A stretch of 64,000 bases of DNA from Mobula hypostoma (taxonomy: Eukaryota), in contig NC_086097.1 in NCBI RefSeq assembly GCF_963921235.1, positions 209,252,001-209,316,000 of the forward strand. Direction: 5' to 3'. This document shows positions 1-13,560 of this stretch, piece after piece. Position numbers and translations under genes: made by a program. The notes beneath the pieces were generated by a model. It searched no databases. It worked only from the letters and a program-made list of their open reading frames with translations, and was not told where the DNA came from. The first letter of the stretch is position 1, and each line of letters starts with the position of its first letter.

Positions 1-527
1 ATTTTGACAGAGAGAAATCAAAATCCTGCCAAATTCATCCAGTATTTAAAAAAAATCATCCATAATGAACTGATAAGTAGAATCAGCAGCAATATCAGTA
101 AAGGAAAGTACTGCAGATGAAAATATGAAACAAAACTACTTTTGATGAACTTGGTCAATTCTGCTTGTTTTCCGACCAGCTTTGTTGAATAGTTGTGGAA
201 TTTTCTATTTCAGAGATATAGCTAAATTTCCCAGTAACATTCCTCAATTAATGCTCTTAATTTAAAGCTCTTAAAATCCAGATTAATCTCACATCCATTT
301 TGTTTTGTTTTGTGACAAGTTGAATTAGTTGAAACAAGAATTAAGTAGCTTTGTTTACTTGCCATTGATTGCAGGAGTGATTATTTCTTTACATTTAATT
401 AGTTTTCTACTTTGATGATTAAATCTCAATTAACATATAACTGTATATGCTTTTAGAATGAAACAAAAAGTATATATAATAGCCCATATTTGGCTGAGTG
501 AGGCTGTTGCCTGGGAAAACCGCATAT

Positions 528-1750
528 GTTCGCCTATCGACACAACCGATGAACAGATGACGTAATAGCCACAGCTCTACAAACCATCCTTACACACCTG
601 GAGAAGAGGGATGCTTATGTGAGAATACGGTTCTTGGACTACAGTTCAGCCTTCAACACCATAATTCCCTCCAGGCTTGACAAGAAGCTCAGAGACCTCA
701 GCCTTCACCCTGCCTTGTGTAGCTGGATCCTGGACATCTGTCAGATCACCGACAGGTGATCTCATCTCTTCCCCTCTGACCCTCAACACAGGAGCCACCC
801 AGGGCTGTGTCCTAAACCCCCTCTTTTACTCTGTGTACCCATGACTGTGTTGCCACCCACAGCTCCAATCTGCTAATTAAATTTGCAGATGATTCTACAT
901 TGATTGATCTGATCTCAAATAATAACAAGGCAGCCTACAGAGAAGCAGTCATCACCCTGACACAGTGGTGTCAGGAAAACAACCTCTCCCTCAATGTTGC
1001 AAAAACAAAGGAGCTGGTTGTGGACTACAGGAGGAATGGAGACAGGCTAACCCCTATTGACTTCAATGGATCTGAGGTTGAGAGGGTAAACAGCTTTAAG
1101 TTCCTCAGTGTACACCTCACCAAGTCCTCACTTGGTTTGTACGTACTGGCTGTGTGATGGGAAAAGCACAACAGTGCCTCTTTCACCTCAGACAGCTGGA
1201 GAAGTTTGGAATGAGTCCTCAAATCCTAAGGACTTTCTACAGGGGCACAATTGAGAGCATCTTGACTGGCTGCATCACTACCTGGTATGGGAACTGTACT
1301 TCCATCAATTGCAGGACTCTGCACAGAGTAGTAAGGACAGCCCAGTACATCTGTGGATGTGTACTTCCCACTATTTACAGTAGGACATTTACAGTGACAG
1401 GTGCAAAAAAAGGGCCCGAAGGATTATTGGGGACCCGAGTCAACCCAGCCACAACCTGTTCCAGCTGCTACCATCTGGGAAATGGTACCATGGCATTAAA
1501 GACAGGACCAACAGGCTCCGGGACAGCTTCTTCAACCAGGCCATCAAAATGATTAATTCACGCTGACACAATTGTATTTCTAAGCTATATTGACTCTTCT
1601 GTTGTATATCTTACCGCACATACTATCTATTACAAATTACTACAATTTGCTCATTACGCATTCAGACAGAGACGTAACTTAAAGATTTTTACTCCTCATG
1701 TATGTGAAGGATGTAAGAAATAAAGTCAGTTCAATTCAAGTCAATTCAAT
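528..1750 (+). mobile_element. Rex1/Babar-type LINE, 5'-truncated and decayed
   Basis: RT motifs [50 protein letters not shown]. Ends in a (caatt)n-like tail. Confidence 0.85.
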
Positions 1751-1799
1751 TAACTCAAGATCTAAAATTGATCAAGATCAAGATCTAGCTTCAGAGTCT

Positions 1800-2500
1800 G
1801 AGTGCAGGTGGATCTTTCCCTAAAGATTGAATTGCAGTTTGAGTCAGTGGTAAGGGAGGCAAATACAATGTTGGCATTCATTTTGAAAGAACTGGAATAT
1901 AAAAGCAAGGATCTAATGCTGAGGCTTTATAGGGCACTGGTCAGACTACTTTTGGAGTATTGTGAGCTGTTTTGGGACCCAAACCTGAGAAGGGATATGC
2001 TGGCATTGGAGAGGGTCCAGAGGAGGTTCACAAGTATTATGCCAGGAATGAGGGGGTTAATATATGAGGAGTGTTGGATGGCTCTGGGCCGGTACGCACT
2101 GGAATTTAGAAGAATGAGGGGAGATCTCATTGAAAGATATTGACTCTTGAAAGACAAGAATGCACATGGATATAATGTTTTCACTAGTGAGAGGGTATAA
2201 GACCAGAGGGCACAGCCTGAGAATAGAAAATGTGTCCGTTTAGAACAGAGATGAGGAGGTACTTCTTTAGCCAGAAAGTGGTGAATCCATGGAATTCATT
2301 GCCACAGATGGCTGTGAAGGTCAAATCATAGGGTATATATAAAACAGAGGTTGATCAGTTCTTGATTAGTAATGACATCAAAGGTTAGGAGAAAAGACAA
2401 AAGAATGGGTTTAAGAGAAAAATTAAATCAGCTATGATCAAATGAGGAGCAGACTCAGTTAGCCAGATGGCCTAATTCTGTGTCTATGGTCTTACAGTCT
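1800..2500 (+). mobile_element. CR1 LINE 3' fragment
   Basis: LYRALVR..LEYC...W, LERVQRRFT, RRMRGDLIE, then a CR1-type 3' UTR. Confidence 0.85.
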
Positions 2501-3583
2501 TGCAAGATGGCATTGATGAAGCATGGTGACACGTTGCAGGCAGCTTACAAAGCTTCGAAAAATACTTCTGAACTACTTTCACAGCAATCTGCAGCCTGAA
2601 AATCCCCTTTAAGCAATATACTTTTGAACTGCCTTAACAAACTAATGGCTGCATGATTATCTGAAGGATTCAGTGAACTGAACTCTCAAGCATACAGGTT
2701 CAGCACCTTTAAGTGGGCAAATGCACATTACCTAAAAAAGAGGGATGACTTCAAGCCAGACTAAATCGCCAGGGCATGAAATTTCCTCCATCTGGTATCT
2801 TGTTAGCAAGTGTACAGTTGCTGAAGAACAAGGTAGAGGATCACTGTATCAGAGGAAAATGCTGCATTCTGTGTTTCACAGAGACGTGGCTCACTCTGGA
2901 CACACTGAACTCAATGATCAGACCTGAGGGCTTTTTGATACATTGGATGGACCAGATTGGACTGCTGATTCAGAGAAGGCAAAAGGTGGGGTCTGTATTA
3001 CATGATAAACTCTTCGTGGTGCTTGGGCGTAGCTGGCTTGTCGTATTCTTGCTCCCACCACCTGGAACATCTAATGATTAAGTGCTGATGTTTCTACACA
3101 GCAAGAGAATTCTCCTCTGTGACCCTGACCACAGTTTACATACTGCGAAAGACCGATGTTAAACAGGCACTTGAGGTACTGAGTGCTGCCCTCAGCAAAC
3201 AAGAAACAGCCTCCCCTGTCACCTTTCAAATCTTTAGCAGGGTCTTCAATCAGGCTTGATTGAAGAAGTCTCTGTCGAATTACATTCAACATATCACCTG
3301 CAGCACCAGAGCTCCCAATACATTTGATCACTGCTATACTACCATAAGGAATGCCTACCATTTGATCTGTAGACTGCATTTTAGGAAATATGATCATCTG
3401 GCTGTCCTCCTCCTACCTGCATAGAGGCAGAGGCTAAAGAGAAGTAAGCTCCAGAAGTAAGGACAGTGAAGAGGAAGTCATGAGAGACTGGTGAGTGGCA
3501 ATGGGCTTGCTTCAAATTGGTGGACTGAACCATGCTCAGGGACTCATCTGAGCATCTGAATGAATACACCAGAAATGTTCTAG

Positions 3584-4217
3584 TGCTTTCCTGGCATATA
3601 TGATGAATAAACTCTTCTTGGATTTTCAGCTGGGTACAGGTGTCAATTTTAACTGGTGTTTCGATGACAAACTCTGCCATCTTCATCAGGGATGATGCCT
3701 GGGCATGTCTAGTCCAGTGGTATATATACCCCCATTGTCCATCCCTCTTGATTGGTTAGTCCTCATCCAACCAGATTTTTGCTGTCCATTCCTGTTTACA
3801 ATTTAATTCCAGTTCTTACTTACAGCAAGTCCTTTGTCTTTGTTAAAATGTTAAAATGCTTTTTCTCTAGTTTTATTTCAATGGCTTCCTTCACCAGGCA
3901 GTCCCAAAAGCTGTTGGTGTGGCACAGAAGTTTTATGCTGTCAAAATCAATCGTATGGCCATTGCAAATGCAATGTTCTGCTACCACTGATTTCTGCAGA
4001 TACACCTCCTGAGCTCCTTGATGTGGGTTTTCACCGTGCACCCAGTCTGGCCGACGTACGCTGTCTATCCTGAGTCCCAGGTCATCTGTGACATGCATAA
4101 GTTGTGATTTGAGCTTCTATATGGGTTTGTGGATGGTACTAATCTGCTATTTCTTCAGGATCCTGGCGATCCTTCTAGAAACCATGGAAACATAGTGAAG
4201 ACAGGCGTTAGTGATTG
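3584..4217 (-). mobile_element. Penelope-like element 3' fragment (GIY-YIG C-terminus plus terminal repeat) nested in Rex1
   Basis: KSVVAEHC...GHTIDFDSIKLL......LVKEAIEIK...FN matches the PLE endonuclease C-terminus. Flanked by gttctag at 3577-3583 and 4218-4224. Confidence 0.8.
3652..3695 (-). ncRNA. Hammerhead ribozyme remnant (minimal type I) in Penelope terminal repeat
   Basis: Minus strand reads CTGATGA-a-GATGGCA-gagtt-TGTCATC-GAAAC-acc. Core boxes and a 7-bp stem II are intact; the cleavage triplet is mutated. Confidence 0.65.
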
Positions 4218-5202
4218 GTTCTAGATCGACAATCTGCTGAGGGCCAGGTCAGTGGCATTCAGGGTTGGCAATGAAGCAAAATACAAGAGGTCCAAGTGTG
4301 ATCTCCAGAAAGCAACCTGACATGCAAAACAACAAACCTGGACCACAGATGCTTGCAAACTGTGGCAGGGCTTGAATGCCATCGCCTCCTACAAAGTGAA
4401 GCCAAGCAAGTTTTCAATTCCAGATGAGTTCAATGCCTTTAACTCCTGCCTTGACCATCAAATCATAGAGACAACTTCATGAACTCCCAAAGCCTCCAAT
4501 GACTTTGTGTTTTCAATCTCTGAGGCCAACATGAGAGCATCCTTCAGGAGGGTGAACCTAAGGAAAGCATCTGACCCAGACAGTGTACCTGGCCAAGTAT
4601 TAAAGATCTGTGCTGATCAACTGGCTGGAGTGTTCAGTGAGATCATGAACTTCTCACTCTGGCAGTCTGAGGTACCCGCCTGTTTCAAGCAGGCTTCAAT
4701 TACACCTGTGCTTAAGAAGAATGTGGCAATCTTCCTCAGTGATTACCATCCAGTGGCACTTACATCCACTGTGATGAAGTGCTTTGAGAGGTTGGTGATG
4801 AAACATATCAACTCCGGCCTAAGAAGCAATTTGGATCCATTCAATTTGCCTACCGTCACAACAGTTCAACAGCAGTTGCAATTTCATTGGCCCTTCACTC
4901 AACCCTGGAACTTATGGACCGAGAAGGTATATACACCAGGATGCTCTTTATTGATTACCGCTTGGCATTCAATATTATCATCCCCTCAAAACTAATCAAT
5001 AAGCTTCAAGACCTAGGCCTCAATACCTCCTTGTGCAACTAGAAGCTCAATTTTCTTACTTCCACTCCACAGTCAGTTTAGACTGGCAACATCTCCTTCA
5101 AAATCTCCATCAGCACTGGTGCACCACAGGGCTGTGTTCTCAGCTCTATTCACTTTACACTTATGACTGTGGGGCAAAGTGCAGCTCCAATGCCATATTT
5201 AA

Positions 5203-5621
5203 CCCTTACACACTGTTCAGGTCAAATTTGACCTGTTTTGACACTTGACAGCAGTAAAAACACCCTAAATGCCATTTTTTAAGCCGAAATTTGATGACTT
5301 TTCCTAAAGTGACCCAAAATGCGCAAAAATGAGAATATTTAAAAATGTTATACTTTTGTACAGGTGCTACAATTTTTTGTACATTGAAGCTGTTCTGGGT
5401 CAAATTTGACCCGTATCTATTGAAATGGATTTTAGATCTCTGAAACATTAATTAAGGATTAATTACCCATTTATTAATGTCAGACAGGCTATTTATACAT
5501 TCTAAATAGATCTGTGGTTCAATATTTGGTATAGACACTTGTTATGAGGGGATTCTTGGGCCGGGTCAAAATTGACCTGGACCATACTGTGAAGGTATAG
5601 AATATGATCAGTATGTAAGGG
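5203..5621. mobile_element. piggyBac-type non-autonomous element (MITE)
   Basis: TTAA duplicated at 5199-5202 and 5622-5625. TIRs cccttacacactgttca / tgatcagtatgtaaggg match 15/17. Removing it rejoins the host Rex1 IFKFAD.TT. Confidence 0.9.
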
Positions 5622-6134
5622 TTAAGTTTGCTGACACCACCGTCATTGGTTGAATCAAATGTGGTGATGAATCATTATATAAGAGGGAGATTGAAAATCT
5701 AGCTGAGCGCTGCCTCATGAATAAGCTCTCACTCAATGTCAACAAGACCAAGAAACTGATTATTGACTCCAGGAGGAAGTAACTGGAGGTCCATAGGGTC
5801 CTCATTGGGGAATCCCAGGTGGAGTGGCGATTTAAACTCCTCGGCAACTTTAAACTCCTCAGTGTTAACATTGCAAAGGATCTGTCCTGGCTCCAGCACG
5901 TAAGTGCTATGATGATAAAAGCACGGTGGCACCTCTACTTTCTTAGAAGTTTGTGATGATTTGCCATGTTGTTACAAGTTTTGACATATTTCTATAGATG
6001 AACAGTGGAGAGTATATTGACTGGTTGCATCATGGCCTGGTATGGAAACACCAGTGCCCTTAAATGGAAGAACCCTTCAAAAAGTAGTCCATCACGGGTA
6101 AAGCCTTTCCCACCATTGAGCACATCTACATGAG

Positions 6135-8180
6135 CAATGTACATTTGCCATTGAAATCAATGGGTGGAATCTGGAGTAATAGCTGAGATTCGATTCTCCA
6201 GCACTTATGCTGAGGAATGTTGGCAAGCCTTCAGGAGAAAGCCATAACACCCAGATCGTAGGCACTGAGTCTGTCCCTGTAAGGGAAGGGGACAAAAGAA
6301 AAGGCGAGTAGTGGTGATAGGGATTTCATAGTTCGGAGAACAGACAGAAGATTTTGTGAATGCGAAAGAGTTGGTATGTTGCCTCCTATGTGCCAGGACT
6401 AGGGACATCTCGGATTAGGTCCACAGCATCCTTAAAGGGTAGGGTGAGGAGCCAGAAATCATACTACATACTGCATTGTCATCAATAATGACAATTGTTC
6501 ATTAGATCTCAAAGGGATGAAGGTCTCAAAGAGAGAATGTGGGGAGTTAGGTAGGAAACCAGAAAGCCAGACCTCAATGATACTGTAGTGATCTGCGGAT
6601 TTCTGTTGTGCCCAGAGCCAGCGGGGGTAAGAATAGGATGAGTTGCAATTGAATCGGTGGCTGAAGAAATGGTGCAGGGCAGGGTTTCAGATTCGTGGAA
6701 CATAGGGAAGTTATTGCCTGTACAAAAGGGACAGGTTATACCTCAACCGAAGTGGAGAACAATATCCATGCAGGCAGGTTTGCTAGAGCTGTTGGGGATG
6801 GTTTAGATAAGTTTTGCTGGAGGATAGGAACCAGAGAAATATGTCAGTGTAAAGGTACATGAGGTGTGTAGAGACACTGTGAGGAATCAATAAACACATA
6901 GATACTACAGATGCTGGAAATTCAGAACACACAATTTACTGGAGGAACTTAGTGGATCAGGTAGCATCTATGCAGAGGAATGAACAGTTGATATTTCGGG
7001 CCTGGACCCTGCATCAGTCTTGAGGTTGTGCCTCATGAACCTGATTGAACTCATTAATGAAGTGACAAAACAAACTGATGAAGGTAGAGCAATGGTGTGA
7101 TGTATATGCATTTTAGTAAGGCATTTGACAAGGTTCAACATGATAGGCTCTTTCAGAAAGTCAGGATGCTTGTCTGCACAGATTCAGAATTTACTTTGCA
7201 AGCTGAAGGCAGAGGGTGGTAGTAGATGGAGCATATTTTGCCTGGTGGTCAGTGATCAGTGGTGTTCTGCAGGGATCCCTGCTCTTTGTGACTTTTATAA
7301 ATGACTTGGATGAGGAAATGGAAGGGTGTCAGTTTCCTGATGACACAAAGATTGGTGGTGTTGGAGATATTATAGAAGGTTCCTGTAGGTAACAGCAGGA
7401 TATTGATAGGATGCAGAGCTGGGCTGAGAAGTGATAGATTTGGTTAACTCCAGAAGAATGTGAAGTGATACACTTTGGGAGGTTAAACTTGAAGGCAGAA
7501 TACAGAGTTAGTGGTAGGATTCTTAGCAGAGAGAGGAACAGAAAGATCTTGGGGTCCAAGTCCATAGATACCTCAAAGTAGCTGCGCAAGTTGATAGGGT
7601 GGTTAAGGAAACATATGTTGTGTTGGTTTTTATTAGTCAGAGGACTGAGTTCAAGAGCCACAAGGTAATGTTGCAGATCTGTAAAGCTCCAGGTAGACCA
7701 CACTTGAATTATTATCTTCATTTCTGGCTGCCTCGTTACAGAGAGGATGTGAAAGCTTCAGAGGGCGTGCAGAGGAGATTTACCAGGATGCTGCCCGGAT
7801 TTGAGAGCAGAACTTTTGAGGATTAGTTGAACACGCTAGGGCTTTACTCTTTGGAGCTGGGGGATGAGAGGTGACTTGATAGAGGTCTGCAAGATGATGT
7901 GGCATTAATGGAGAGGCTTTTTCCCAGGTGGAAATGGCTAACACCAGGGGGGCATAACTTTAATGTGATCGGAGAAAACAAAGGTAGTTCTTTTAAACAG
8001 AGGGTGGTAAGTGCATGGAACACACTGCCAAGGAAAGTGGAAGAAACAAATATATTAAGGACATTTACCAAACTCTTATATAGGCAAATGGATGATAGAA
8101 AAATGGAAGGCCGTGTATGAGGGAAAGTTTAGATTGATCTTGTGTGTATGTGGGCTCATTCACAATATCGGCACAGGACA
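6135..8180 (+). mobile_element. CR1 LINE remnants: ORF1 esterase region and RT 3' half
   Basis: 6300-6800 decays from RRVVVIGD..RRTDRRFC..VCCL, an SGNH-type CR1 ORF1. 7030-8170 has FSKAFDKV, FINDLDE, VQRRFTRMLPG. Confidence 0.75.
6893..7020 (-). mobile_element. Penelope terminal-repeat-derived short element with degenerate hammerhead
   Basis: Same family as 46534-46747. Minus strand reads CTGATGC-agggtccaggccc-GAAATATC-aactg. Confidence 0.6.
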
Positions 8181-9999
8181 AAACAATATAGAAGTCAGGA
8201 ACAAGCTGGAGGTCAAGTACTAATACATTATTAAAGCTGGCAGTGAGGTAATTTTTCATTTGGCTTAATCTTTAAAATGCAGTTAATTTTTTGCAGTTTA
8301 AGATTTTTATCTGCTTTTAAGAAAACACATTTTTTGTCATTACTCTTTTAAATTATTTAAATTAATTTGAACTTCTTAAATATGTCTCTGAGTAAAACCA
8401 GTCTAAAAGACTTTGGCAATATCAGAAGGTCTCCAGGCTATGCAGGGGATACAGAACCACTGCTTTTGACCTGTTGGCTTTTTCAGCTTAGTCCATCTTC
8501 CAGAACAGCCTTGACCTGATTATACTCATGTCAGTCGTTCAATAAGACTGGGTGAGCTACAGGACTTAGCTGCAACCTAAAGTACAGTGCAGCCTGGATC
8601 AAGTACAGAAAAGGAGATGAGGAGGAGATTTCATCTAACTACAGACTAAATGAAGTAGCACATAAATATTATTTCTTCGATGACAGTTTTATATTTAACA
8701 CCAGGGGGCACTCACTACTTACAAGTAAAATATATTGACAGGTTGCGTTTTTCTGTTTGGTATTGAAAGAGAATTGTGGCTAACCAGATGGCTGAGACCT
8801 CTGACGTTCCTTCACACATGGTGACAGAATGCACTGAGCCTGTGCCAAGTTTCAGACCGGTGTATTAGGTGCTTCAATACTCTAATAAGAGAATATATTA
8901 TAAGGGAATGTGGTACTCCTCTAATTTTGAATAGGATCGAATACAGTATACCAAAAAAAACCTTTTGAGTAGAAATCATAATCATCGTGCAAATATATGT
9001 TAACATTTTGTTTAACCTTAGAAAGAGGCAAATAAAGTAAAATGGAAGTAAAATAAAACTGGATTGATAGAAATGGTGTTGCATTCTTGTAAAGAAAAAA
9101 ATAAGAAAATGTCTTGCCGAGACATGGAAAGCTACAGAGCAAGTTCCAGTAAATGAGATTAGTATTGATGGGCTCTTGTTGGTTGTTACAGACAGGGAGG
9201 TCTAAAGGGTCTTTCTGTTCTGTAATACTCTAAATAGAAGCATGTATATATAAATTTTTTTAAAAATCTGCGGATGTTGGAATGCTGAAATATAAAGCAG
9301 AAAATGCTGGAAGCATTCAGCAGATCAAGTCATGCTTCAGGGCTAGGATCCTTCATCAGAAGAAATATAATGCATGAGGGTTCGCTGTCATTAACGAATA
9401 AGCAGTGCACTCAGATTATCTGATAATTTGTAATGGAAGATTCTTCAGTTGGAGGATACAAACAACACGGCCTTCTACAGGAATGAGCAATCTGTGTAAT
9501 ATACAGCAAATCTCTGCATCACGTTAGAATGTCCAATTAAATGTTAAATCAGGTAGAGAATGTGGAGGAAAAGAGAGAAAGATTGATGAAGCTAAGAGAG
9601 AGGAAGATGAAGGAGACAAAGAAAAAAAGAACATATGTTTCTGGTTTTACATTTTAAATATGCGCAACAAATTTTAAAACAGGAAGAAAAGTGACAAGAT
9701 ACTTTCAAAAGTTAATTTTTAGTGACAGGGTATTTGATAGCAGATGGGATTTAAAACATTTTATGAATTTTCTTACAATTTGCATATAATCTTCCCGTCT
9801 TCTCAATTTAAGTATGCATGCATGGTTGCTCGCCAATTTAATTTCAAACCAAATTTGTGATGCAGTATAAAAATGCTACATATTTGTTATATCTGTTTTA
9901 ATCTAAGGGCATATTAATTCTCCCGCTCTAATCTAAAAGTGAACCTACTAGTATTGCTCTCTATTTTTACCTTTCATTGTTTTCTTTATTGACTTTAAG

Positions 10000-10212
10000 A
10001 ATGCTTTTGAGGATGGTGCAATAGTTCTGCTGAATACCAGCCTTTACCAGAGTCTTTATATCACTTCCAATGGAGCCTGCTTAGGAACAGGAAAACAGTT
10101 TCAAATGTCATATTTGAGGATCCATGAAGTCAGTCGTGGGGTTTACATGTTTGAGAGTGTACTGAATCCACAAAGGTTCATTCAAATGAAGAATGGTAAA
10201 TGTGACGGTCAG
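10000..10212 (+). CDS. RP1: Internal exon A of RP1-like long isoform (beta-trefoil-like region)
   Basis: Pyrimidine tract and ...tttaag|, donor CAG|gtaagc. 213 nt, phase 0-0, open: NAFEDGAIVLLNTSLYQSLYITSNGACLGTGKQFQMSYLRIHEVSRGVYMFESVLNPQRFIQMKNGKCDGQ. Gene name inferred from trefoil plus PLAT domain order. Confidence 0.8.
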
Positions 10213-11420
10213 GTAAGCATTTAATTTTAGACACAACAGTCCCTACAGATGCTGAAAATCTTGAGCACCACACACAAAATGCTGGAGAAACTTGTGCATT
10301 TAATTTTGTGTTTATTTTGCAAGTTAATAATTTAAACAGATTTCTAAAGCTTTTAGTGGATTGTGGCCAAGAGCTTAAGAGTGTTAAAGTTAAACTTATA
10401 TAAAAAAAAGTTTGATCCAAATGTGGCTCTTTCATTGTGATCAGCCACTGGTTGCATAATGCAGCAGGCAGAAATTGGATGCACCATAGAGACCCAGGTA
10501 TGCAAAGTGCAGGAAAGGTTCTAATTGTGACTTACACAATACAATATCCACAGTCCAAGCTGTGTCGATGTTCTGTAGGATTTATCATCTGCCCCGTTAT
10601 CAGGGGGCCTTTCTATTATCTGTTGCTGGTATTTGGGAGCCAGGCTGAACCCTACAAAACCACTGTTGCAAGACCAAAATATCTACATTATCCATCATCA
10701 AATCATGATTAATACTGAAGGAACTATCAGGTTGGAAGTTCCCTCCATTTGACCATTCCCTTCTGACCTACTGTATTTGTGGTGATAATTATCTGTTCAA
10801 GTAACCTCTAGAATTGATGGCTGACAAGTAAATTGCCATTAGCTTTGCATCAAAGTACCAACATATATTGTAGATTATACAGATACTTAAATTATAACGA
10901 CTACTGCATAATAGGAGCCATTCAGAGACCACACCTGAAATAACCACTAACTGACCTGGCACAAGGATGTATTGACAGTGTGCAGGATAGACACTAGGAT
11001 GCAGCCAAATTCATACTCCCAAGGTGCTTTCACCAGGAATAAGTCGGAAAGATTGTTAAGATCCTTGGGTAGTTAATTCATTACACTGATGTTATTTGTA
11101 TTACTTTAATTGATTTTTTAGTCATTTGTAATCTCATCACCAATCTCTGAGAACACTGGTAAGCAATAATTAATGCCATTGATTTGGTACGTTATTGCAC
11201 CATTTGATTTTGCAGACAAAACTTCTATAAAATATATTATTAAAAAAATTAGGAAGCCCAGAGATCAGATAGGCATTAAGCATCCAGACTAATTAAGTAA
11301 AACAAGAAGTAAAGCAAATGTAAAGTTGATTGCCAAGCTAAAAGTGGAATAATCTTGTAATTGTAGAAAATTATAAACTCAGATATCCTGACATTAATTG
11401 AGATTTTTGTTTCTGCAAAG

Positions 11421-11598
11421 GGCTCTGGTGATGAGTACTGCCAATTTAAAGTGCACAGAAATTTAGAAAATGCATCTGTAAGCCTTGAATCTGTGAAAAG
11501 CCCAGGAATGTATCTTGGTCTTCTGTCAGATGGGCACACAAGCCTATTTGAATCTTTTGAAGAAATCAATACGATGTTCTTACCCCAGGCAATTAGCA
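11421..11598 (+). CDS. RP1: Internal exon B (beta-trefoil-like region)
   Basis: tttctgcaaag| ... A|gtaagt. 178 nt, phase 0-1: GSGDEYCQFKVHRNLENASVSLESVKSPGMYLGLLSDGHTSLFESFEEINTMFLPQAIS. The LESVKSPGMYL motif echoes FESVLNPQRFI of exon A, as expected for trefoil repeats. Confidence 0.82.
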
Positions 11599-12389
11599 GT
11601 AAGTAATCTGTACATCCAAATTGAAACTGCATATGAATTTTAACAAAAATAGATTTCTTCCTTTTCATCTGGGAGATCCTATGTATAAAGCAGTAATGAC
11701 CTAAGCCTCCTGCTGTACTAACAGGATTGAAAAAAAGTTGCTCTCAGGAGCTCACCTGGGTTATGTATAATATGCTGAGTGGAAGACTAAAGAAAATATT
11801 TAAGATGAAATGTCTCTGAAACAGATACTGCTGTCTTTTAAAATGAAACTATAAAAGAGAAAGGCTGACAAATGCCAGCAATACATATCTTGTGAGAGCA
11901 GAGGGCAGCACCAAAACAGTTCTGCCAAGGAATTTATTTCTAAAACTCTAATAATCCAGCATTCGAGAGACATTGTTGTGCTGGACCAACAGATTTTATG
12001 GATCAATGAATATTATTTCTATTACTTTAATGCACTATTTTCACTTTTGTTTTACGTACACACAGTAGTGTCATAAATTTTCCCAGTGAACCTGGTAAAT
12101 TAAGGAAGTGGGAAACTGAGCCATGGTGAGTTTTAAAGGAGTATGGAAACAACCCTGTGAGTTTCAGCTTATAACTGCCAGGTTATCAAACAAGCTGAAA
12201 CATACAAGCATTCAAGAGCACAGCTCCAACTACATATTGAGCCCGCTCTCCCAATATACAGCTAACATTACGAGTATGTGGATCCACAGATGTTAGGTCC
12301 ATGCTAAGACTAGGTGCAACAATGAATGACCCAGATGCTGAGACATCAGTATTTCTGAACAAGTGGATAAGAAATTATTGAAGCTTAAT

Positions 12390-13560
12390 TGAGACATGGA
12401 GTCATATAGCAGGGAAAGTGGCCCTTCAGTCTATGTTTAAACAGGTGTCTTTCTACGCTTGTCCCATTTGCCTATGTTTGGCCCATATCCCTCTAAATAT
12501 TTTCTGTGCAAGTGTCTTTTAAGTGTTTTAAATGTACATGCCTGAACCATTTCCTATGCCAACTTATTCCATAGACAGACCATCCTCAGGTTCTTTTCTC
12601 ACCTTAAACCTCTTTTTCTTGATGCCCCAGTCTGGGGGAAAAGGCTGTGTGAATTCATCTTGTCAATACCTCTCATGATTTTATACATCTCTGTTAGATC
12701 GCCTCTCATTCCCCTACACTCTGCCGAATAAAGGTTTAACCTGCTCATTCTCTCTCTATAACTTAGCTCCTCAAATCCTGGCAAAATCTTTGTAACTTTT
12801 ATTTGCAACCTTTTTAGCTGTTTGGCATCTATCCTGTTAACAGGGTGACTAAAACCGAATACAGTATTCCAAATTTGGTCTTATCAACTGCGTACGCCTG
12901 CTGGCCCTGACCAATGAAAACCAGCATGCTAAAGGCCTTCTTTATCTTCCTGTGCACCTGTGACATAATTTTCAGGGATCTATGTACTTAAACCCTCAGG
13001 TGACTTTGTCCTACAACACTCCCCCAACACTTTGCCTTTCACAATGCAAGTTCTACCCTGATTATTCTTCCCAAAATGCAACACCTCATACTTGTTTAAA
13101 TGAAACTCCATTTGCCATTCCTCAGCCCACTTACCCATGATCAAGATCCACTGTAATTCTTGATAGCATCTCCACTACCTATGACACCACCTATTTTAGT
13201 CTCATCTGGAAACCTACTAACCAATATGTTAGTGATGAAATTAACCTGTTTCCCAGTAGACTCACTCCCACTAGGTCTATAAAGCCTAGCCATTTAACAT
13301 GTATAATCTTATCAAAGGCCTTAAAGAAGTCTATAATGTCTACAACCATGCCCTCATCAGAATTCTTGGTTACTACTACAAAAAGTCTTCTCTCTCAGAA
13401 TCCCCTCCAACAACTTACCCTCACAGAAGGTAGGCTTATTGATCTATAGGATCAAGATTTTTCTTTGCAGCCTCCCCCACTTTCTCAAAGAAAGACATAA
13501 CGTTTGCCATTTTCATATTTTCTGATACTTCACCTGCGATTAATGATGACATAAATATCT
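12390..13560 (-). mobile_element. CR1 LINE, decayed
   Basis: LSYRERM.RLNLYS...MRGDL.E.YKIMRGIDK; RT remnants further right. Confidence 0.75.

Larger units (their letters stand above)
2503..6130 (+). mobile_element. Rex1/Babar-type LINE, near full length but decayed, with two nested insertions
   Basis: AP-endonuclease motif CFTETWL; RT region KASDPDSVPGQVLKICADQLAGVF and YHPVALTSTVMKCFERLV; C-terminal motifs up to ~6130. Confidence 0.85.

Noticed and set aside
5218..5235. Estrogen response element
   Set aside because: The spacer is 4 nt, not 3, and the motif lies inside a MITE.
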